Shown one piece after another: positions 27,618 to 35,852 of a stretch of DNA of 64,000 bases. The first letter of the stretch is position 1. Every line of letters begins with the position of its first letter. Position numbers and translations under genes: made by a program. This DNA is from Bacteroidetes bacterium HGW-Bacteroidetes-17 (GTDB lineage: Bacteria > Bacteroidota > Bacteroidia > Bacteroidales > GCA-2711565): positions 787 through 64,786 of the forward strand of contig PHDM01000007.1 in NCBI GenBank assembly GCA_002840985.1. Direction: 5' to 3'. The notes under the pieces were generated by a model that was not told the DNA's origin, made no database searches, and saw nothing but the letters and a program-made list of their open reading frames with translations.

Positions 27618-29348
27618 CTATTTTATCAAATAAACGCTGATTCCATAATGTTCCTGATCGTGGGGTGCGGAAGCGTTCCAATTTCGATAAGAATGAGAGC
27701 CATCGGTTTCATAATAAACTGTGTATTCGCCCTCGGGCAGGGTTATGGTACCGTCAAACAATTTGTTTTTTTCTGCACCACCTGCCGGATCCGTATTCCT
27801 ATGGGTCATTTCCCAAACTATTTTCCCTGTTTCTTTACTTTTAATCCAACCACTATCATTCATTTCCCAGTTCGTACCTTCGCCGATCGCATAAATCCTT
27901 ACTTTCGATTCTTTATTTAAAGTGAATGATCTTTTTTCATATTCATTATTTCTAACCCTTACTATCTCGGCTAAAACATTTTCATCGGTAATTGCATGAG
28001 CATCCTGTAATTCAAAAAAATCACGATTATTTCCGGCTAAAATACTTAGTCCGTACAAATCGGGTATTAATGGAGGTGCTGTATTCCAATTGCGATAGGA
28101 GTGTGATCCATCGGTTACATAGTAAGCGATGTAATTGCCTGCCTTTAATTCAATTTCTTCGTTAACCATCCTGTTTTTATCGCCACCTCCGGCATATTCC
28201 GAATACCTTCCGTTGAATTCCCAAACTTTTTTGTGGGTGTCAGCATTTATGATCCAGCCATAATCAACCATCTCCGAACTGCCCGAACGCTCGCCAATAC
28301 TGTAAACCCTTATTTTCATGTCCTTATTAAGTTTAAATGCCTGACTTAAATAATCATTGTTTCGGGCTTTCGTGAGTTTAAGCACAAACTGATCCGATTT
28401 ATCATTTAGTTTTACCTTGTTTTGATTTTTTTCGTCGGTCCAGATTGAGATGCCCCAGAATTGTGGATCGTATGGCGGAAGTACATTCCACCCTTGGAAA
28501 GAATGACTACCATCTGAAATATAATACAGGCTGTAATCTCCTTTTTGTAAAGTGATTTTTTCAGAAACCAATCGGTTTTTTCTTCCTCCTCCGGCTTTTA
28601 AAAATCGGGTGTCTTCAGTTGGCCATACTTTTTCGTAGGTGCTTGAATTTACGATCCATGCAAAGTCGAACTGCTCGTCATCATATTGCTCACCAATTCC
28701 ACGAATATTTAATTCGATTTCGTTTTCGACCCTGAAGTTTTCGCTCATAAATTCGTCATCACCGGCTCTAACAATCGAAACAATTGCATTTTGAGCAAAT
28801 GCATCTACACTTTTTCGCCAGTCGTTTTTCATGAAACTATTTTCAGGGCCACTTACCTGCATCGAAAAATCGGAGAACCTTCGTGAGTCATGATCACGCG
28901 AATTGCCATCAAAAATCAAATCCAGCAAATCACCAAAATTAAAGCTATTGTTATTATTATTGCCTTGATCTAAACCTGCAGCATAATAAACTTCATAGTC
29001 GCCGGCAGGCAAGTTAATTTCCTTGTTAAATGAAAATCTCCCTGAGTTACGATACCCGAAAAATTTATCATTGTCTTCTTTCAGGATGTCCCAAACTACT
29101 TCACGGGTTTTACCATTTAAAATCCAACCGTAAAACATCAAATCGTTTCCCATCCTTTCATATAAGCCGGCATGACCTTCAATCTTGATCGTTGATTGGC
29201 GGGATAAAGAAAATCCCTGAACATCAATTTCGCCGGTCATTCGATACCCGACTTCAATTTGATTGTTGTTTTCCTGAGCATAAACAGATTGCCCCCAAAC
29301 GATTATAAATACGATAAATAATGATGATATAAATTTGATAGCTTTCAT
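27618..29348 (-). CDS. Secreted protein of unknown function built from four tandem ~135-aa repeats
   Basis: Signal peptide 'MKAIKFISSLFIVFIIVWGQSVYAQ' (start chosen at 29348). Repeats are anchored by 'GWI(L/V/I/K)N..T...VW' at residues 84, 240, 374 and 510 of the track ORF. 'DGSHS(F/Y)xxWN' occurs at residues 288, 422 and 558. Confidence 0.7.
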   Translation of the reverse strand: MKAIKFISSLFIVFIIVWGQSVYAQENNNQIEVGYRMTGEIDVQGFSLSRQSTIKIEGHAGLYERMGNDLMFYGWILNGKTREVVWDILKEDNDKFFGYRNSGRFSFNKEINLPAGDYEVYYAAGLDQGNNNNNSFNFGDLLDLIFDGNSRDHDSRRFSDFSMQVSGPENSFMKNDWRKSVDAFAQNAIVSIVRAGDDEFMSENFRVENEIELNIRGIGEQYDDEQFDFAWIVNSSTYEKVWPTEDTRFLKAGGGRKNRLVSEKITLQKGDYSLYYISDGSHSFQGWNVLPPYDPQFWGISIWTDEKNQNKVKLNDKSDQFVLKLTKARNNDYLSQAFKLNKDMKIRVYSIGERSGSSEMVDYGWIINADTHKKVWEFNGRYSEYAGGGDKNRMVNEEIELKAGNYIAYYVTDGSHSYRNWNTAPPLIPDLYGLSILAGNNRDFFELQDAHAITDENVLAEIVRVRNNEYEKRSFTLNKESKVRIYAIGEGTNWEMNDSGWIKSKETGKIVWEMTHRNTDPAGGAEKNKLFDGTITLPEGEYTVYYETDGSHSYRNWNASAPHDQEHYGISVYLIK

Positions 29349-29700
29349 TGAATTTGGTTTTTGGTGGATACTCATTTGAAATTAAATCTTAGACGATTAT
29401 AAAACGAACTTCGTTACAATATTTGTTAGTTACCTAGCACTAAATTATACTTCATCTTCTTTCATAAAAAATTGATGATAAGGACAAAACTAACCGAACC
29501 GTTGACTGAAAAGAAGCATAAATCGGTAGAATAAGGTTATTATAGGGTGAAATTTATTTTACGAATTTTATTTTATAAAAAACAGTTGTGAGAATATCTG
29601 GATGAAATACCTTGGATTTTGAATAATAAAACTTCTGAACCTTTGTTAGTAAATTGGTGAATTGGTAAAATCGTTAATTTGTCGATGACGTCATCAAGTT

Positions 29701-29804
29701 CATGCACCTTAACACTTAAACACATAGATACATAAACACTTTAACACGCAAACACTATATCACGTAAACACGTTATCAACAAACAACGAAAACAAATAAC
29801 ATGA
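29701..29804 (+). repeat. Degenerate tandem octamer array, consensus TAAACACN, 9 good copies plus 4 decayed copies
   Basis: In-register 8-mers: catgcacc ttaacact taaacaca tagataca taaacact ttaacacg caaacact atatcacg taaacacg, then ttatcaac aaacaacg aaaacaaa taacatga. Only about 6 G in 100 nt of the plus strand. Confidence 0.7.
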
Positions 29805-29874
29805 AATCGAACTGATTTCATTAGCAATTCTCCTCCATTTTTCATTAATTTGAACTAGTATAATATTCGACTAG

Positions 29875-30903
29875 ATGGAATTAAATTGGATTGCACCGGA
29901 TCATTGGAAATGTATTGAAACCATTGATGCACATACGGCCGGAGAGCCTTTACGTATTTTTACAAAAGGGCTTCCCGAGATAAAAGGGAGTACTGTTTTA
30001 GAGAGAAGAAGATATTTTAGGGAAAATTACGACCATTTGCGTACTTCAACCATGTTCGAACCCCGTGGTCATGCCGATATGTACGGAGCAATTCTTATAC
30101 CGCCTAATACACCCGATGCTGATTTTGGCGTATTTTTTATCCATAACGAAGGTTATAGCACCATGTGTGGCCATGCCATCATTGCATTGTCCAAAATACT
30201 TCCTGAAATTGGGTTAGTTGAAAAAAACGGAGATGAATTTGAGCTTAAAATTGATGCACCTGCCGGACGGATTCATTCGAAAGTAAAACGTTTCAATGGG
30301 AAATTTGATTCTGTTTCTTTTCGGAATGTCCCATCATTTGTATTAATGAAAGATCAGGAAATTAAGGTTGAAGGAATTGGCATTGTGAATTTTGATATTG
30401 CTTATGGCGGGGCTTTTTATGCCTTTGTTGATGCCGACAAAATTGGATTGGGTCTGCAAGTTACAGATTATAACCAAATCATCGATTGGGGCAAACGCAT
30501 TAAAAATGCAGTGATGCAAAATTTTGAAATCAAGCACCCTTTCGAGGAAGATCTAAGTTTTTTATACGGAACTATATTTACAGGTAAAGCCAACGATTCA
30601 AAAAATCACAGTCGAAATGTTTGTGTGTTCGCCGAAGGAGAAGTAGATCGTTCACCAACCGGAACAGGAGTGAGTGCAAGAGCCGCCATTCATTACTTTC
30701 GAAAAGAGATAGGGATCGGAGAGTCTATCCGCATCGAAAGTATTTTGGATACTTGTTTTGAAGTAAAAGTTGTGGAAGAAGTTGGTTTTGGAGGCCATCA
30801 TGCAGTAATTCCCGAAGTAATCGGAAACGCATACATAACCGGTCAGCATAAATTTTATTTTGACCCTGAGGACCCACTGGTGAAAGGTTTTATTTTTAGA
30901 TAA
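29875..30903 (+). CDS. Proline racemase superfamily enzyme, Cys/Thr type; probable trans-3-hydroxy-L-proline dehydratase
   Basis: 342 aa. First catalytic position 'STMCGHA' (Cys codon 30166-30168). Second position 'DRSPTGTG' (Thr codon 30658-30660) instead of 'DRSPCGTG'. Confidence 0.78.
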   Translation: MELNWIAPDHWKCIETIDAHTAGEPLRIFTKGLPEIKGSTVLERRRYFRENYDHLRTSTMFEPRGHADMYGAILIPPNTPDADFGVFFIHNEGYSTMCGHAIIALSKILPEIGLVEKNGDEFELKIDAPAGRIHSKVKRFNGKFDSVSFRNVPSFVLMKDQEIKVEGIGIVNFDIAYGGAFYAFVDADKIGLGLQVTDYNQIIDWGKRIKNAVMQNFEIKHPFEEDLSFLYGTIFTGKANDSKNHSRNVCVFAEGEVDRSPTGTGVSARAAIHYFRKEIGIGESIRIESILDTCFEVKVVEEVGFGGHHAVIPEVIGNAYITGQHKFYFDPEDPLVKGFIFR

Positions 30904-30922
30904 TCAAATAATTAATAAGTAT

Positions 30923-32245
30923 ATGAAGCGAATTATTAAATTAAGTCTGTTTTTTATTTTTCTGACACAAATTGCATTTGCTCAAAAATCAGATTTATTA
31001 AAATATTTAGAGACTATACCGGGTTTGACCATTATCCAAAAAGAAAACGGGAAAAATTTCAAAGAATTTTATCAGTTGGAATTAACCCAGCTACTCGATC
31101 ATAAAAATCCACATAGCAAAACTTTTAAGCAACGCATTTTTTTGTCGCTGAAAGATAAATCAAAACCGGTTGTATTAGTAACTGAAGGGTATAATGCAAA
31201 TCGTGCTGCCCGAAAGGATTATATCGAAGAAATCACACAAATACTGGATGCCAATCAGGTATTCGTTGAGCATCGGTATTTTGGCACTTCGTTTCCTGAT
31301 AGCACCGATTATGATTATTTAACCATTGAGCAGGCTGCTAACGATCATCATCGCGTAGTTGAAATATTAAAGCCATATTTTACCGGAAAATGGATCAATA
31401 CCGGAATCAGCAAAGGGGGTCAAACCACCATGTATCATCGTTATTATTTTCCCAACGATGTTGATGCCTCTGTACCATATGTCGGACCATTGATGTTTTC
31501 AAGAGCCGATCCTCGCTTTTATTATTATTTTGACACGGTAGGAACCTCCGAATGCAGAGCATCGATCCATAATTATCAGGAATTGCTGCTGAAAAAGAAG
31601 AAAGAATTGTTGCCTAAATTTATTGAGGGGAATAAAAAAGCTGGATACACTTATCGCGAGGGTTATGAATTTGGATACGAATACATGGTGTTGGAATATT
31701 CTTTTTCCTTTTGGCAATGGGGAGCCGATTGCAATTCAATACCCAACGAATCGGTTGGCATGGATTCGGTTTACAGGCATTTCGAAAAAATTGTCCCTTA
31801 TGGGTATCTTAGCGAACCAAAAGAGCGTGAAGACTATACCTTTATGGTTCAGGCCATGAAGGATTTTGGATATTATGGTTATGATATTACAGAGTTTGAA
31901 GGCTTACTTGATGTAGTAAAAGAGCATAATTATGACTTTGTTCTTCCCGAAAATACAAAGATTACCTATCATCCGGAATTGATGCAAAAGGTGAAAAATT
32001 ACTTACAAAAAGAAGGAGATCATTTTCTTTACATTTATGGAGGATTTGATCCTTATGCTTCACAGCAGGTTGAGCTGACAGGAGAATGTGACGCTGTAAA
32101 ATATGTTTTGCCCGGCGGATCGCATTCGACCCGTATCCGGAATTTCCCAAAGGAAACCAGAGAAGAAATGTTTAAAAAGTTAGAGGAATGGCTTGATATT
32201 GATATTACTTATGAATTTCCCGAAAGACAAACAATAAAGAGATGA
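30923..32245 (+). CDS. Secreted S28/S37-like alpha/beta-hydrolase serine peptidase
   Basis: 440 aa. Signal peptide 'LSLFFIFLTQIAFAQ', 'VFVEHRYFGTSFP' (S28-type), and nucleophile elbow 'GISKGG'. Confidence 0.68.
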   Translation: MKRIIKLSLFFIFLTQIAFAQKSDLLKYLETIPGLTIIQKENGKNFKEFYQLELTQLLDHKNPHSKTFKQRIFLSLKDKSKPVVLVTEGYNANRAARKDYIEEITQILDANQVFVEHRYFGTSFPDSTDYDYLTIEQAANDHHRVVEILKPYFTGKWINTGISKGGQTTMYHRYYFPNDVDASVPYVGPLMFSRADPRFYYYFDTVGTSECRASIHNYQELLLKKKKELLPKFIEGNKKAGYTYREGYEFGYEYMVLEYSFSFWQWGADCNSIPNESVGMDSVYRHFEKIVPYGYLSEPKEREDYTFMVQAMKDFGYYGYDITEFEGLLDVVKEHNYDFVLPENTKITYHPELMQKVKNYLQKEGDHFLYIYGGFDPYASQQVELTGECDAVKYVLPGGSHSTRIRNFPKETREEMFKKLEEWLDIDITYEFPERQTIKR

Positions 32246-33879
32246 AAACAAATAAAATAATTAGGATAATGCTTATTGCATTAATCAGCGGTACCTTAAA
32301 TTCCTATGCCTGTACCGACATCATCGTGGGGCGAAAAGCCACGATTGATGGATCAGTCATCACATCTCATACCGATGCTGCTCCTGAATGCCGGGTACAT
32401 ATTGTTCCCGGAAAAAGATTTAAAATTGGTGATATGGCGCCGGTTTACTATGGCTTACAAGATGTGGACAAACCTTTGCATGAATACGGTAAAATCATTG
32501 GATATATCCCTCAGGTAGCTGAAACCTATACCTATTTTCATTCCGGATATTCACATATGAATGAATTTCAATTAGCCATCGCCGAAAGTACCATGAGCCA
32601 AAAAAAGGAGCTTCAGGTTAGTATTGAAACCGGAAAACAAATCATGACCATTGAGCAGGCTCAGGCATTTGCATTACAAAGGTGCAAAACTGCCAGAGAG
32701 GCTATTAAGCTTATTACTTCTTTAGTTGATAAATATGGGTTTCAAACATCTTGCGGACCGGAGTCTGAAGCTTTGTGTATTGCTGATGCTAATGAAGCAT
32801 GGGTTTTAGAAGTGTTCAGTGTTGGGCCGGATTGGGATCCTGAAAGTGGTGAAGCCGGTGCAATTTGGGCTGCTCAAAGAGTACCTGATGATCATATTGC
32901 CATCGTTCCAAATTGGAGCATCATCAAGGAAATTGATCTTTCAAAACCTGATGAATTTATGGCCTCATCAAATTACAAGCAAGTGGCTATTGATCATGGT
33001 TGGTGGGATCCAAAAAGCGGAAAACCATTTATTTGGCAAGAGGTATATGCACCCATCCCGAGGGAGTGGGCAGTCAGTAGGCTTTGGTTATTCTACAGTA
33101 AATATGCACCAAATTTGAAAGATTGGCCCGATAAAACCGCACATTCTGTTTATGCCGGCAGCGATTCTTATCATCAATACATTGAACCATTATCCATGTT
33201 CCCGTTTTCTGTTAAACCTGAAAAAAAATTATCAGTACAGGATGTAATTGCTTTTCAGCGTGAACTTTATGAAGGAACCATTTATGATATGACCAATGAT
33301 AAGAACTGGATGGTTGCCGGAAGTGACGGTAAATATGTGAAAAGCCCGCTTGCCACGCCATTCCCTACTAAGGCTCAGCGAGAATTATTGGATATCACTT
33401 ACCGCAGAATGGTAGCTCGAGGAGGTTATGGAATGGTTACCCAGCTTCGAAACTGGTTGCCTGATGATATTGGAGGTGTATATTGGTATTATGTGGATAA
33501 TCAATATGTGAGTACATATATTCCGATTTATGCAGGGGCAATAGATGTTTCACCTTATATCTATACTTACGATCCCAATAATTATGATGAAAAATCACTT
33601 CGTTGGGCTGTTGATTTTGTTGATAATCTTTTGGGCTTGAGATGGCAGGATGCTGTAAAAGATTTACATGCGGTGCGGGATCCATTGGAACAAAGTTTTT
33701 TTGATGATCAGACAGAAATTGAGAAAGAAGCGCTTGAAATACACCGAAGGAATCCAAAGAAAGCAAAGCAGTTTCTAACAGATTATTCAAATTCAAGAGT
33801 TGATCAAACCATGCGGATGTATGAAAAATTAAAGAAGACATTGATCTCAAAATATACAAACAACAATCAAGGTTTATAG
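32242..33879 (+). CDS. C69 family dipeptidase
   Basis: 545 aa. A signal peptide is followed directly by the Ntn-type Cys nucleophile 'SYACTDIIVGRKATIDGSVITSHTDA'. ATGA start/stop overlap with the upstream gene. Confidence 0.85.
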   Translation: MKTNKIIRIMLIALISGTLNSYACTDIIVGRKATIDGSVITSHTDAAPECRVHIVPGKRFKIGDMAPVYYGLQDVDKPLHEYGKIIGYIPQVAETYTYFHSGYSHMNEFQLAIAESTMSQKKELQVSIETGKQIMTIEQAQAFALQRCKTAREAIKLITSLVDKYGFQTSCGPESEALCIADANEAWVLEVFSVGPDWDPESGEAGAIWAAQRVPDDHIAIVPNWSIIKEIDLSKPDEFMASSNYKQVAIDHGWWDPKSGKPFIWQEVYAPIPREWAVSRLWLFYSKYAPNLKDWPDKTAHSVYAGSDSYHQYIEPLSMFPFSVKPEKKLSVQDVIAFQRELYEGTIYDMTNDKNWMVAGSDGKYVKSPLATPFPTKAQRELLDITYRRMVARGGYGMVTQLRNWLPDDIGGVYWYYVDNQYVSTYIPIYAGAIDVSPYIYTYDPNNYDEKSLRWAVDFVDNLLGLRWQDAVKDLHAVRDPLEQSFFDDQTEIEKEALEIHRRNPKKAKQFLTDYSNSRVDQTMRMYEKLKKTLISKYTNNNQGL

Positions 33880-33909
33880 CTGGAATTTGTACAAAAAATC
33901 AATGCAGAT

Positions 33910-35829
33910 ATGATGAAGAGAGATGATGAATTAATATGCAGATTTGAAAAAATTCCAACCGAAATTTTTGAAGATGCCTATCAGGCTTCGGTAAGAATTG
34001 CAAAAAAAATAGCTGATTCAATTATTGAAAAGCAAAAAGAGGGCAGGGCAATTGTGCTGGGTTTGGCCACCGGATCGACTCCGGTTGGAATATACGCCGA
34101 ATTGGTGAGATTGCATAAAATTGAAGGATTAAGCTTCAAAAATGTAATCACTTTTAATTTGGATGAATATTATCCAATGGACCCGAAAGCATTGCAAAGT
34201 TATGTGCGTTTTATGCACGAATATCTTTTCGATCATATCGATATCGACCCCAAAAATATCAATATCCCTGACGGTACAATAAAGGAGAATGCGGTTTATG
34301 AATATTGTAAAAATTATGAGACAAAGATAGAAAGTTGTGGCGGAATAGATATTCAGTTATTAGGAATTGGACGAACCGGACATATTGGGTTTAATGAACC
34401 CGGATCCCCGATCAATTCAATGACTCGCCGAATTACACTCGATCATCTCACCATCACCGATGCTGCTTCCGATTTCTATGGTGAACAATATGTTCCAAAA
34501 ACAGCCATTACCATGGGTGTTGGAAGTATAATGAAAGCTAAAAAAATCATTTTGCTTGCCTGGGGAGAAGCCAAGTCGTACATCATTCAAAAAGCAGTTG
34601 AAGGAGAAATTACAAAACTTATCCCGGCTACATTCCTGCAGGAACATTCAAATGCTGAAATTGTATTAGATAAAGCAGCAGCAGCTGAGTTAACACGCAT
34701 AAAAACTCCCTGGTTGGTTGAGGATTGTGATTGGGACAATAAATTAATCCGAAAGGCTGTTGTTTGGCTTTGCCAAATATTAGAGAAACCAATCCTGAAG
34801 CTCACCGACAGGGATTATAACGATAACGGAATGGGGGCTTTGGTGACCAAACTTGGACCTGCATATAATATCAACATCAAAGTATTTAATGATTTACAGC
34901 ATACCATTACCGGATGGCCTGGTGGAAAGCCAAATGCCGATGATTCAAATCGCCCTGAACGGGCTAAGCCTTTTCCAAAAAAAGTGCTTGTTTTCAGTCC
35001 GCATCCTGATGATGATGTGATTTCGATGGGTGGAACATTATCAAGGCTTGTTGAGCAGGGAAATGAGGTTCATGTTGTTTACCAAACTTCCGGTTCCATT
35101 GCCGTTTTTGATGATGATGCCATTCGTTATCTGGATTTTGTTCGTGATTATGACAAAATTTTCGAAGTGGGTTGTAGTAAATCAGATGATATTTACAATA
35201 AGACATTAGATTTTATTTTAAATAAAGCTCCCGGACAGGTTGATTCTAAAGAAATTCAGGATGTGAAAGCTTCAATCCGAAGAGGTGAAGCACGATCTGC
35301 ATGTCGATTTACAAAAATTGCAGATCATAATATTCATTTTCTGGATATGCCTTTTTATGAAACCGGAAAGGTCAAGAAAAAACCACTTGGTGAGGAAGAT
35401 GTCAGATTAACTATGGATATCATCAGAAAAATTAGACCCGATCAGATTTATGCGGCAGGTGATTTATCCGATCCACATGGAACGCACAGGGTATGTATGA
35501 ACGCCATTATGGAAGCCATCAATCGACTCAAAAATGAAAAATGGATGAAGGCCTGCTATGTCTGGTTATACCGTGGTGCATGGCAGGAATGGGACATCGA
35601 TCAGGTGGATATGGCTGTGCCCCTTAGCCCCGATGAAGTGGTGATTAAAAGAAGAGCCATTTTCAAGCATCAATCGCAAAAGGACCGACCACTTTATCCG
35701 GGTCATGATGCCCGTGAGTTCTGGAAAAGAGCTGAAGACAGAAATCACGGTACGGCCGAAATGTATGATAAACTTGGTATGGCCGAATATCAGGCCATCG
35801 AAGTTTTCGCCAGATATAAAATCAAATAA
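33910..35829 (+). CDS. nagB: Long-form glucosamine-6-phosphate deaminase; NagB domain fused to a PIG-L/LmbE-type deacetylase-like domain
   Basis: 639 aa. NagB motifs 'GLATGSTPVGIY', 'FNLDEYY', 'GIGRTGHIGFNEPGS'. The C-terminal half has 'VFSPHPDDDVISMGG' (about 34990-35030) and 'DPHGTHRV'. Confidence 0.88.
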   Translation: MMKRDDELICRFEKIPTEIFEDAYQASVRIAKKIADSIIEKQKEGRAIVLGLATGSTPVGIYAELVRLHKIEGLSFKNVITFNLDEYYPMDPKALQSYVRFMHEYLFDHIDIDPKNINIPDGTIKENAVYEYCKNYETKIESCGGIDIQLLGIGRTGHIGFNEPGSPINSMTRRITLDHLTITDAASDFYGEQYVPKTAITMGVGSIMKAKKIILLAWGEAKSYIIQKAVEGEITKLIPATFLQEHSNAEIVLDKAAAAELTRIKTPWLVEDCDWDNKLIRKAVVWLCQILEKPILKLTDRDYNDNGMGALVTKLGPAYNINIKVFNDLQHTITGWPGGKPNADDSNRPERAKPFPKKVLVFSPHPDDDVISMGGTLSRLVEQGNEVHVVYQTSGSIAVFDDDAIRYLDFVRDYDKIFEVGCSKSDDIYNKTLDFILNKAPGQVDSKEIQDVKASIRRGEARSACRFTKIADHNIHFLDMPFYETGKVKKKPLGEEDVRLTMDIIRKIRPDQIYAAGDLSDPHGTHRVCMNAIMEAINRLKNEKWMKACYVWLYRGAWQEWDIDQVDMAVPLSPDEVVIKRRAIFKHQSQKDRPLYPGHDAREFWKRAEDRNHGTAEMYDKLGMAEYQAIEVFARYKIK

Positions 35830-35852
35830 ATTATTAACTTAACTAATCAGAA

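Noticed and set aside
29701-29804. The tandem repeat as a CRISPR array.
   Set aside because: The period is 8 bp with no spacers, the copies are degenerate, and there are no cas genes in the window. It is a microsatellite-like array, not a CRISPR.
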